Shown here piece by piece: positions 40,101-53,358 of a DNA stretch of 57,955 nucleotides. The notes under the pieces are model-generated. The model did not search any database. It was not told where the DNA came from and saw nothing but the letters and a program-made list of their open reading frames with translations. The position numbers were made by a program, and so were the translations under genes. Origin of the DNA: Girardia tigrina (taxonomy: Eukaryota); NCBI GenBank assembly GCA_001938485.1, contig MQRK01198580.1, positions 4,025-61,979 of the forward strand, in the 5' to 3' direction. The stretch's first letter is position 1, and each line of letters begins with the position of its first letter.

Positions 40101-42288
40101 AATACTTTCAAAAAATTATTATATACAATAACTGCTTTTATAATTTGGACTGTTTATGGTTTCGTGCCATAAACTTCTAGGGAATTTGAAGAGTTTGATG
40201 CACTGCTTTTGTAATCTATCTATTTCCAAAATGTTAATAATATACTCTGCATCTCGATTGTAGATGGGTTATATTATCTGTTGATAATAAAAATCATCAT
40301 TTCTAAATATCTCTTAAATATTTAAATATAAATTTATAAGTCAAAAAAACAGCAGAAAAAGTGATCTGCAAAATTAAGAGATTATGAATAAATTTGATTT
40401 TCTATACTATGAAGAACACTTATGGACATCACAACTCGAATGGACTCCAGGACAATTGTCCACAAAACTTTCGTCTTAAATCATCGTTCATGATTGATAA
40501 ATTTTTTATTCTATGTCTAAACTTCTAATTATTCGAACAAATTTTAATTAAAATTCCATACTAAAATAATTTAAATAGATTTTTAAAAAAATTTAATTTG
40601 ACATTTTAACTAATTATTTATGATTAAATAAATCTTCATGTTATAATCCACTGTTAAAATATTTTAAATCACTTTTAAAAGGATTTAAAATATTTTGACT
40701 AAAATAGTATTATATATATTTATTGATGAAAATATATTAATTTAATTTTAAAGTTGTTATTTTTAATTTTTAAATTGTCCGAAGAATCCGGCTGTTCAAA
40801 ACATTTAAAATATCAATCTTCCATATGGGTGGGAGAAACACAATCCTAAACCAAGCACAATATAAACACTATTCGAAAATATTTTCAGATGAACATACAA
40901 AAGAACAAAATGCAATGAGTTAAATAACAATAAACTGATTATTAACAGCATCACAATTTGAATGCAAACATTTATTGACAACACAAACAGATTTTTCACA
41001 ACAATTTTCAGAGAGCATCTTTCTTTGATTAATATAGTTTTTGTTTATATATTCAAATCTAAAAAAACAATGAATGGGAAATTTTTAATATTAATTTTTA
41101 ATTTCCTAAATTTTATTGGATAAAAAGGCATTAGGTAATTTATTAAATGTACATTAATTTTTAAAATATATTAAATTTAATAAGTTAAAATCGTTTACTA
41201 AAAATATTATTAAAATTCGTAATTATAAAACTTTAATTAATTAGTACTTAAAATTAATATTATTGATTCAAATAATTAATCAATAACATATCAATACCAT
41301 CTGAATAGGAGAGTCACAAATCTAAACAGCATACAAACAACAAACTTACAACATTCCAAATTATCCCTCACACTGATGAAATATAAATAAGTTTGCTAGA
41401 CTTTATTTTTCCTTACATGAATGATTTTTCAGAAAAGTAAGAGATAGTCAAAAGCAATTTAAAAATACACCGACGACGGAGTCGACTACTTTTCTTACCA
41501 TTGGTTCACATTACTTATCATTACTAAATAGATGTCAGAGATAGTCTCATATTTAACAATGATCAAAAATGTCATATAACACCGAACGGGAACATTCGTG
41601 CCCAGCTAATAAAAATGGCTGTAAAAGTAAAGACATTGCATTTAGATATGTTTCATTGATAAGGTGTGTACTCTGAAGGTTCAGAACCTATACGGAACAT
41701 GTTTTGTTTCTCTGTCACCAGGCATGCATGCGCAGTAGCCGGCTGACCTTGACCAAGAAAGGAGTGTATTACGTAATTCTCGGCATTAATGGGTTAATGT
41801 ATTTCGTACATGATGCCTTGTAGAGCTGATACTCGACTCGAATTGATAATTTCATTCGGTGTATACGTAAAGTTGTATTCATATCGTTCTGGAATAATTA
41901 TTAAATAATTCTTCTGCTAATAATTAGTTTAGATTTGCCTGTTGTATTATAAAAATATTTACAATAGTTCAGCTTTTATAACTGAAAATTTATTTAAATT
42001 TAAAATAATATTATAAGTTCCATAAATTTTCAATTTTGACGTCAAACTGACGCAGCAATAATTGATACTATTACTGTATATATATTGATAACTAGTAAAT
42101 CCATTCTTTATGCAGACAGAACTCTACTTTGCTAACAAAGTTTTATTTAAAAAAAATAATTTAAGAAAAACACAATAAAAAATTAATATAAACTACTTAT
42201 AATTTATAAGTAGATCTTTTTCAATTAATATTGTTCTGGAACTCCGAATTTTCCGTTTTTTCCTATTTTGGGACCTTAATCAAATTTT

Positions 42289-42360
<72 letters not shown>

Positions 42361-45300
42361 CAGTAAGCTAATAAAAAGAATCGAAAAAGAAGAATTAGAA
42401 GGCAGTGATATTATAAATGCTAATGAAAGTTATAACGATTAATATTTATTGGAAAATGATTATTTATTAAACAGAAGGCAAGAGATAGAATAACCTAAGG
42501 CATTTATATCAAAAAATAGAAAGTTAGTAATGGACAATGTCCATTGGGCATGTTTCGAAGTTTCACGCTTCATCATCAACAATTTTAATTTGTAAACTAT
42601 TTAAATAATGAATTAAAATTTTTTGTTTTTCTATATTGGGAGGGAAAATTCTGAATGTTGTAAGTTTGTTGTTTGTATGCTATTTAGATTGGGGACTCTC
42701 CTGCTTAGATGGAATTGATATGTTATTGAATAATTATTTAAATCTAATGAGATTAATGTTTAAATTCTAATTAATTAAAAAGTTTTGTAATTATAAATTT
42801 TAATAATATTTTTTAGTAAAACGATTTTAACTTATTAAATTTAATATATTTTAAAAACTAATATTTATTTTAAAATTTATTTAATTCATTTTTATCCAAT
42901 AAAATTTTGAGAAATTAAAAGTTAATGTTATTTTAAAATCATTAATTAAATCAAAGATTTGAATATAAAAAGCAAAAAACATTAATCGTGAACGATGCTT
43001 CCCGCAGAATTCGCTACTGAGAATGATTCTGTTTGTGATATAAATAAATATTCTCACGGAAATTGTGATGTTGCTAATAAAAATGTTATAACATTTAAAA
43101 AGTTTGAGTGTTAAATGGTAGATATTTTTGTTTTTCTTGAAATTTAATTGGATATTAATGGTAAAATTTTAATTTATTTTATTAAAGATTTAAAGAATTT
43201 GGCCATTTATAAATATAATCTATTTTCATCTTATCTTTACGAAAGATCAAATATTATTATCCTTGATAATACCTGGTGACTTGCACATTAATATAACGGA
43301 TAACATCAAATAGTAGGTGTAATGAAGTTTTCAAAAAATTTTCCACCTACTATTAAAATAGTAGGTGGAATCAAATAGTAGGTGTATCGCTTTTAAAGCA
43401 ATTTATAAAAAGTTCAAAACAAAAGAACCAAATAGTAGGTGTAAACCAATATTGGGCGCCTTTTCAATTTTTTTTCCACCTACTATTAAAATAGTAGGTG
43501 TCCTACTATTTCATGTTATCCGTTATTTAAAAGTGATGATAATAATTGTAAAAGCAGGTATTCGAGTGATCGTCGAATATCTACTTTTACTAGAAAATAA
43601 AAAAGTTAACAAACTATTAATGTCTAAAGATTAAAGAAAATAACAATAATCTACAAACAAAAAAATAAGAGTAAAAATAACCTTGTCAGCGAAATAAAAT
43701 TTATTTATCGTCATCTAACAATTATAACATACATCGACGGTAAGTAATTAAGTTAATTATTAATCAATTTGTTTATTGATTATTTTCCAGTTCAGTTTTA
43801 TTAAAATTCCAATTTTATACCAATTTTCCTATCAACAATAAACCTCGAAAAGAGAAAATTCAATGAATTTTCTTTTGCACATATTAAACCAAATTTGGAG
43901 TGAGATCTCAGAAACATTTTTGAAAGAACTATCGTGCCATTTCGGTATTGAAAATAATCTTCATTCAATTTGAATTTGATTTTCGAATCACGCTTTAAAA
44001 GACAATTTGCGTGATTAAGATAATGCTTCTTTCTGACCCTGCACGCGGACCATCGGAAATCGGGATAAAAAAATTAAAATTATCATGAGTAAAATTGCTC
44101 AGTGAGTTCTTTCCACAATCGAACTGTTCCGGTAAAAGAGAATAAGAATAATTGTTTTCTAAGTAATCTCTGATTACACAAATCGTTGCCAAAAGGTTCA
44201 AAATTTCCTTTCGATTCGCTGAGCAATTATTCTTTGATCTTATGATAAAACTGCATTCAATAATTTTATGAGAAAAATAAAAACATATCTCCAGATAATA
44301 TTTGTGCTTCATACCCTGAATGGAAAACGCGAATGATGTAGCAAGAGACTACACATACACATATACACAGGGCCGTGGCAGAGTACCCGGAGGCCCCCCC
44401 CCGAAAAAATTTATGAGGCCCCTTAGATTTTTTCACTGTCAATCCTCTCGTGCTAATGGCGGTGCAATAAATTCTGCCCCAGAAANNNNNNNNNNNNNNN
44501 NNNNNNNNNNNNNNNNNNNNNNNNNNNNNNNNNNNNNNNNNNNNNNNNNNNNNNNNNNNNNNNNNNNNNNNNNNNNNNNNNNNNNNNNNNNNNNNNNNNN
44601 NNNNNNNNNNNNNNNNNNNNNNNNNNNNNNNNNNNNNNNNNNNNNNNNNNNNNNNNNNNNNNNNNNNNNNNNNNNNNNNNNNNNNNNNNNNNNNNNNNNN
44701 NNNNNNNNNNNNNNNNNNNNNNNNNNNNNNNNNNNNNNNNNNNNNNNNNNNNNNNNNNNNNNNNNNNNNNNNNNNNNNNNNNNNNNNNNNNNNNNNNNNN
44801 NNNNNNNNNNNNNNNNNNNNNNNNNNNNNNNNNNNNNNNNNNNNNNNNNNNNNNNNNNNNNNNNNNNNNNNNNNNNNNNNNNNNNNNNNNNNNNNNNNNN
44901 NNNNNNNNNNNNNNATAGTAGGCAGCCATTATTTATTTGAAGGATTGAATTATACGGTAGACGAAGCATGCCGATATGCAGTGTGTGTGTGTGTTAGATC
45001 TTATTATTGTTATTCTATTACATTTTCAAATATGGACCCTATTTGGAGAGGCCCCATGCAAGCGTGAGGCCCCCCCGACCGGGGGGCGCGAGGGGTGGTT
45101 GCCACGGCTCTGCATATACATACAGATTATTGATCAAGTAAAAATAGTAAAAATATCGTTGTTGTTGCCGCTGTCTGTGTCGCTCTGTTAACGCCTCTTT
45201 TCTTTTCACTGACATTATTGTAGTAATAACAGTAATCATTGATGTTGCATTCACAAAAGCGCGATTGGATAAAATAAACAAGTCAAATTCCACAAAATAT

Positions 45301-48300
45301 AGCCAAATACCCTCTTTTTTCAGCCGCAAATTACTAATGACAGTTTCAATAATTTCAGATTTTTCATGTTGCATTTGTCATCGTTCACGTCTCAAAATCA
45401 CAGTTTCTTTCTTGAGAGATAGAGAGCTCGAAAACAAAGAACATAACGACAAGCAAATCACACACCATGAACCAGAACAATTACATATACACAAAACACC
45501 ATCGACTCAGGTTCTGTACATAAACCAGAAGAAAGATATAACCAAACGCATTACTATCACCCGGAATTGAGATATCACAACAGTCCCCAACTGATACACA
45601 AAAAAACAAAATCACATACACAAACAAAAATGTACATTGATATGGGACACTGTGGTGTCTGAAGTAGTGGGTGTACTACAATAATAATAATAATAATAAT
45701 CATAATAATCATAATAATAATATATTTTATAAAAATACTCTCACCATTTTTTAACTAAATCAGTATGTATTTCGTTTATATTCGACTAATTGTTAAAATA
45801 ATATTTTTTCTTTTTTTACAATATGATTTATTTCATTATTGGACAAAAATGAAAGTAACATTTAATTTAAAATTCAGATGTAAGTTATTTTATTTAAATC
45901 TATGTAAATTATGTTTTAGAATTACACATTTATCCTAATTTGTTTTTTAAAAAATTAAAATAATTAAAAATGCAATAAAAACGTAGAAAACGCCAAGTGA
46001 AGTAAGACGTTTGTAAATGGATTATTTAATCGTATTAATTAACTATAAACTTCATATTTCATGTCACTCTAATTTTATTATTTGTGTTAACGCAGCGCTT
46101 GAAGATCATCGCAGACAACCTTCATGAAAATGAGTACCACTGGTGTAATATGAAAGTTCGAATCGGTTCAAGTACTGATAGAGAATTTATACAGCAAAGA
46201 ATAAGGATTACGATGTCTTGTGTTCTCCTATGTCGTATGCTTGTGGCTTACCATGACACTAATAACAATCAACTTTTGTGCCAATACCGAGAACTATATT
46301 TGGAAGCAGAGTACACCAAACTGGATTTGTTGAACATTTTTCATCATTTTAAATCATTTTATCAGGATAAGGAATTATCCATACCCGAGAAGGACGACTT
46401 CTTAGAGCGAGTAAGATTTTCTAAAGAGCTATTCAAAATATGCATTTTTGTAATTAGTTGATAATTCTTATATTTACAATAATTTATGTGTTTATTATTA
46501 TACTGATTCTATATACTCACTCTGCCTTTCTGTAACACTTTGTCTGAAATCTTGCGAATTCAAATTTTCGAGCACTTTCTGATGTTGTAGCAAGCGGAAA
46601 TTGTGCTTACAAACTCACACTCAGTAACAATACAATATTCAATGTTCATTAAAAAGCTACTCAATAATTTTGGTAAAATAATGATCGATTTTAAACTTTT
46701 GAATATTTGAAGATACGGCTGGAATCCGGTTAACATCGACATGTGTCACACTCTGTATCTATTTTTCTATTCCCTTTTTTATTTGATTTTCCGAAAAAAA
46801 ATAGAAGTCCAAAACGTCGTCGGTTCCGATCATGACCGGTATTAAAAAGGTCCCGGTCACTTCATCCTAGCGGATATGTCTATTATGGTTAACATTCGGT
46901 TCCAGTACTTCATTTCATAGGAATTGAATATGTTGATAATATAAGGTCAACTTTATACATGCGATAGCCTAGTTTAGACATATTAACTTACCATTATTGA
47001 ATTTTTCTTTTTTCTCATTACATATCTCATTTTGTTCTTCTGAAATAAATTTTATCTCTTCCAACAGTTTCCAATTCTTTTTCAATTCTCCTGTATTCTT
47101 GAACTGCTTTACAATTTTTTGATATCCCAGTGTTAAGTTCACTTTGAATATCAAGAGAATAAATTGCCATTTGGTTGACTTTTCCATGATCACTCATCTA
47201 GACAGGAATAGATCAAAAGTGACCTTCGTTCAACATTGTTACAAGAGTTGTAGTGTGGTATGAGTATTCTAGTATAATAGAGATTGATAAACACTGAGAT
47301 GACGTTTTAGTTAATTATTGAAGAGTTTGCGGTCAGGAAAGTCTAAAAGAAGATATTATTACATTAATTAATCAACTGTAAATGCGGAAACAGGACTTAA
47401 TATGATGTTACAAGAACATGCCAACCTGATTGCTTGACTTTTTTGAGTGAACAGTCAGCCTCTTCATTAATCAAAATTGTATGGTTTAAAGTTTTTATTT
47501 GGAAAGATTTATTAATAGAAATATGGATAATCTTTAAAGTTAAAATCTTTTATCATGAAACTTTTACTAAATAATGAAAACGTACATTGGCTGTCCTGTT
47601 TGTTCTTTTTTTAGTGAAATATGACTAATTCATCGCTGACTTGTGTAAGATAATGTTTTTATTTGTAGAGAGAATATCGTTAATGTATAAAGATTCGTAA
47701 ATTTTAATGATAGTTATACAATGTAAATGTTTGAAACCCTCTAAAAATTTCTGATATTTTGTTGAGAAGATAGGAGTTATTCAATTAGAACTGAGATATT
47801 CATTTTACTTAGTTCACATCCTCATGAATAAAAGAAAAAATTATATTAATTGTTTTTTTACAAAAGCAATATATCGTTCTTTATTGTTCCCCTATCAGTA
47901 TTTTTTACCCAAAAATATACATTAAATTGTGTCTTCTACTTTTTATTGATACATAAAATTATTTTAGTTATACATTTCTCTGAGAGAGTTGGAAAAGACT
48001 TTAGCAATATGGTTTTCAAGACTGAACCAATTTTATCCAGATATGATTGCAGATTACCGTCTGGTAATAGACAAGAAGTGGACGAACCTTCACAACTCAT
48101 TTAATGAAACCTTCAATCATTTCGAAGAAATGTAAGCTACAAGTAAATATAAAACTGAAATACAATACACTTATTCTTGACAGGTCCCAGAATCATAATG
48201 TGTACAAGTCTCTCCACAACTCCCTCCACATCAGACTCAATGTTATTGGAGAATATATTGAAAAATTGGAAAATTGTGACTCTTTCGTTAGAAATATTTC

Positions 48301-50795
48301 CTTAAATTATCATCTATACAACACTGCCGATATACGGAACTGTCTGAAGATGATTAAGGTGAGCATTTCCTTAACCTTTCTCAAAGCAAATAATAACTAT
48401 TTCATTAATCCATCTATATCTTTAATGAATAAAAGAATTAAGTTTATGAAATTATGATTTAACAAGTAAATCGAAAAAATATTTTTTATCTATTTTGCTT
48501 ACGTCCAATACTCTTTGGTATTCCTTAATAACTTCCAAACCTCTTTGTTCGCATTCTTGCATCTGCTACTCGATATCGTTTCTCCTGCTTTTAAGTAGAC
48601 ATCGTCTGTCACAGCTGTTCAGAACCTCTCTCTTAATTCAGAATTTCTTCGCCTTTCGCCTTTTTCCAAGAACCTCTTCTGCTCTATCTGTGACAATGAT
48701 TGCAAACTGAGAGTTTACAAAATTTTATTTTAATAAAAAGGTAAGACAAAAAGGTCTTAAAGGACTATAGAAAGAGGATTGATCGCAGAGCGGCAGTTTT
48801 AGCGCGGCAGCCACGCCCAGAGTTCTTTCACTCGTATCTTGTTCTCGATTTAGATTCGTGATTTCCGCGTAATAAATATATTCTATTTAGATATTTAATT
48901 TTATAAGCAAACAACACACATACTGTTTCCAATGAACAAGAACCGCAGTCAACATAATCCCCAAAAAACAAATATCTATCAGTTGATGATTTTCCACAAT
49001 TTTGAATTATTCTCATTTAATCATACCATTGACCATGAATGTCTCCACAAATTTTAGTAGGTGCTGAAATTTCGTCAGTTTCTTTGATATGCAATCTCTG
49101 ATCGGCAATTCTTACATGATTATCTTCAAATGTCTTTATAAAATAATCCGCATTAAAAAATATAATCAAATGGTAAAGTTATCTGTTCTTTTAAATTAGA
49201 CATTCAATTTCAGTCAATGAATATTTTAAAAAATAAGAAATCGATATTTGCTTGAAATCTTTTATTGGTTATCACAAAACTATAATAAAAAATACAGTTA
49301 AACAAAGCAAATAAATACATGCAATTTTTTTAACTTACATATTTTTATTTACAAAAGCCATATTAATTATTACATAAAATTTCTTAACTTTTAAAATTTT
49401 TTTAATTTAATTTTTTATATTTTCAAACAAGGATCACTTTTTCTAAAGTGTCGTTAAGTGTCCATAATTAATATCCGCTCCAGGATTTAGTCGTTCAGTG
49501 AGTCCTTTGAGTTTGAGCATGGGTTGAAGCTGTTGATATTGTGCTTCGCCCATGTTGATGCACAGTATTTGATGTTGGATATAACATATCTTCTTCGAAG
49601 GTTGTTGATTGCAATATCCGACAATTGGAGGTTTGTAAGCATGTCATCATTCTTCTTTGGCTATGAGCCCAGACATCCGACAACGATTACTGCCAGGTGA
49701 ACTCCCCAGTCTGAATATTTGTCTTTTGCCTCTTCTTCCAAGGTCGAATATTTCGTCTCGTTTAGCTCTCTTGCGGCTTCCAGATTCTCAGTTTCATCAT
49801 ATGGCGTTTTCATGTCGATTAGCCAGAGTCTTTCTTCCATTATTTCTTATTTGTAGGTCTATTCTCCGGCTGGATGTGGGAATTCACTCTGTTCATCTTT
49901 GTTGATTTCGTCATATGGTAGCTCAAAGTCGAGTGCTTCTACCACCAGGTCCATGACAGCGTTGGGTTTAGCACTGATTAATCTTCGAGTAGCAGAAAGA
50001 AAAAAGTAGCAGTTCTCTCTGAAACTTGTCCCTGATTCTATTCTCATTCAGTTTTCTCCAGGTTAGAAAGCTCTCTTTTATGTTTTTTTATTCTGGTGCG
50101 GAGAACATTAGTTTGAAATTTTTCATGACAAGATCATGATCACATCTGATGATTAGCTTCTTTAAAGTTCTCGTTTTGTGCTTCTTATCATTATTCACAA
50201 TGTTAAAACAATTAAATTATTTAATACTAGAAAGTTCATACGCGGCAAGCTGCCCGTGAAAAAGAAATTAAAAATCTAGAAATTTTTTTAAGTTTTGAAA
50301 CACTTAACTTAAAAAAATTACATTAAAAATTCACTTGATTTTGCTTGTTTTCATTAAACAATTGTAAATTCTGAGTTTGTACATTAGTACACTTGAGCTA
50401 TCAGTACCAGTTACTCTTCATTTAGAAATAAATTTTGTTTCTGAAAGGGACTATGTCAAATGTCTAAACTGGCTTCCAGCAAAGGAAGTACTTATTTCCG
50501 ACATCGGAACTAACTTCCAGCATAGGAAGTGCCTTTATCCTTTAACAATAAAGGCAGTTGATGCAAGCATGAATAAATTGGAAGTCAAGAAAAAGTTCAT
50601 TGTTTAGAAGTGAAAAAAAAGTTGATCATAGTAAACTTTGAGTGCGATCAACAAACCAACAAACAAAAAAAAATTTAGTCAAATAATTTATAGAATTTAA
50701 TAATTTTCAATTAAAAACTAAATTGTTACAATCTTTATTTTCAGTTGGGATGTTCAACATTTGATCTTTCTATTTATTTAATTTTAATAATAATA

Positions 50796-50835
<40 letters not shown>

Positions 50836-53308
50836 GTGTACAACTAATTAATTTCGTATTTTTTTGTTAAAAAAACCATTTATTTAAGTATAAAAGTGAA
50901 AAAATATTTTATTCAAAANNNNNNNNNNNNNNNNNNNNNNNNNNNNNNNNNNNNNNNNNNNNNNNNNNNNNNNNNNNNNNNNNNNNNNNNNNNNNNNNNN
51001 NNNNNNNNNNNNNNNNNNNNNNNNNNNNNNNNNNNNNNNNNNNNNNNNNNNNNNNNNNNNNNNNNNNNNNNNNNNNNNNNNNNNNNNNNNNNNNNNNNNN
51101 NNNNNNNNNNNNNNNNNNNNNNNNNNNNNNNNNNNNNNNNNNNNNNNNNNNNNNNNNNNNNNNNNNNNNNNNNNNNNNNNNNNNNNNNNNNNNNNNNNNN
51201 NNNNNNNNNNNNNNNNNNNNNNNNNNNNNNNNNNNNNNNNNNNNNNNNNNNNNNNNNNNNNNNNNNNNNNNNNNNNNNNNNNNNNNNNNNNNNNNNNNNN
51301 NNNNNNNNNNNNNNNNNNNNNNNNNNNNNNNNNNNNNNNNNNNNNNNNNNNNNNNNNNNNNNNNNNTACAGAGCATTACCTTCAAACCATGAATATTCGG
51401 CTTTGGTGTCGATTTGGCTGGTTGGCCTGGCTTCACATATGATCTTTTACGCTTTGGGTTGTCGTAATGAATCCACTTTTCATCATCAGTGGCAATACGA
51501 TGTAAAAACGGTTTCTTTTGTGGCGATTAAGCAGCAAATCGACTCTCAACGTCTCTCGGCTTCAATTCGTGTGGCACCCAATTTCCTTGTTTCTGAATGT
51601 ATCCGGCTGCTTTTAAACGTTTAGAAATGGCTTGTTGAGTGGCTTCGAATGTTTTTCCAAGTTCTTCTTGAGTTTGACATGGATCTTGATCGAGTAATGC
51701 CTCCAATTCTTTGTCTTCAAACTTTTTTGATGGACCTGATCGCTCTTTGTCTTCTGTGTCAAAATCNNNNNTTTTAAATCGTGCAAACCACTGCTGACAT
51801 ACTCTAACCTCTGGAGCATATTCAGGATAAGCTTCTGAGAGTAAACGATGTGTTTCTGTTGCACTTTTCCTTAAATTAAAGAACAAAAGCAAACCTCCCC
51901 GAAAATGTTATTTTGTTGGAACGTAATTTGACATTTTGACTGTAATAAAAAAAATTGTGTGTTTACTAAAATTCAATAAAATTGACTATTGACTACATAA
52001 ATAGATATGAGGTTAGTAACAAATTCGAAATGAGGTAACAAATATGAAATGAGGTAACAAATATGAAATGAGGTAACAAATACGAAATTAATTAGTTGTA
52101 CACCTAATATATATATATAGATATATAAATTCACAGAAATAAAAGTTTATTAATCAAAGTATGAACGGTTGGAATCAATACATTTTTGCCAACGAGAAAC
52201 AAGTTGTTTATTTCATCAGCATAAAATGTATCGGTTCTTGAAGCGACGAATTCTTGGAAGGCATTTTGAGCATCATTTTGGTTTTTGAAAATTTTTCACG
52301 TAGGAAGTTGTACAAATGCCTGAAAAAGTAGAAGTCCGTTGGCTAGAGGTCTGGTGAATATGGTGGATGAGGCAGAGTTTCATAGCCCAATTCATTGAGC
52401 TTTTGAAGAGTCACTTTTGAAATATGAGGTCTAGCGTTATCATGAAGAAGGATGGGACTTTTTCGATTGACCAATCCCGGACAAAGGATTTTCAATTTTT
52501 TATGCATTTCATCAATNNNNNNNNNNNNNNNNNNNNNNNNNNNNNNNNNNNNNNNNNNNNNNNNNNTCCAGCATCACACCACCAAACTGTCACCATAACC
52601 TTACGGGGTGTTAGTTTCGGTTTTGGAAAGTGTTTCGGTACTTCATCTTTGTCCAACCACTGTGCAGAACGACGTCGGTTATCATACAGGATCAATTTCT
52701 CATCACAGGTAACAATACGATGATGATTGGCAGAACAAATTTCATAGCGTCGGTTCTTTTGATTTTCATTCAAATCATCGGGATCCCATTTATCATGTTT
52801 CTTGATTTTTCCAAGTTGTTTTAAATGATCCAGGACTGTTGAATGACTTATTCCCAACCCATCTGCAAGTTCTCTGATTGTTGTACGGGGATCTGTTTCC
52901 ATCATTGTCCTCAAATTGTAGTTGTTCACAGCAACTGGACGACCACGACCTTCTTCATCTTCGAGGTTTTCATCTCCATCAGAAAATTTTCGGAACCATC
53001 GTTGCACTCTGCGCTAGAAGCTGTTTCCTTGCCAAACACTTTATTGATATTGCGAGCCGTTTCTGCTGCTTTACGACCCAGTTTAAATTCGTACAAAAAA
53101 ATTGCTCGAATTTTATTTTTTTCCATTATTAATTTAGCACAGTAAATATTCTAAAAAATAACAGGAATATGTTAATAATTGCTATAGGAATATACAGCTA
53201 GGCATAAGATTTCAAATAATATCTAACACTAATTCATTTAAACTTTTATACATATCAAAGTAGATAAACAAAGTATAAAGCTCAAANNNNNNNNNNNNNN
53301 NNNNNNAC

Positions 53309-53358
<50 letters not shown>

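Noticed and set aside
43300-43520. CRISPR-like short repeats (also 52026-52087)
   Set aside because: Eukaryotic context, no regular unique spacers and no cas genes. Explained by MITE/mariner structure.
44320-44969. ORFs spanning N runs (also 23702-23960, 32984-33365, 50896-51624)
   Set aside because: Artefacts of assembly gaps.
43995-45374. Minus-strand ORF pieces interrupted by the hAT MITE
   Set aside because: No recognisable motifs; cannot assign a product.
35030-49900. Zinc-finger 5' fragment and RLE 3' fragment as one interrupted LINE
   Set aside because: Wrong order on the minus strand and separated by host exons.
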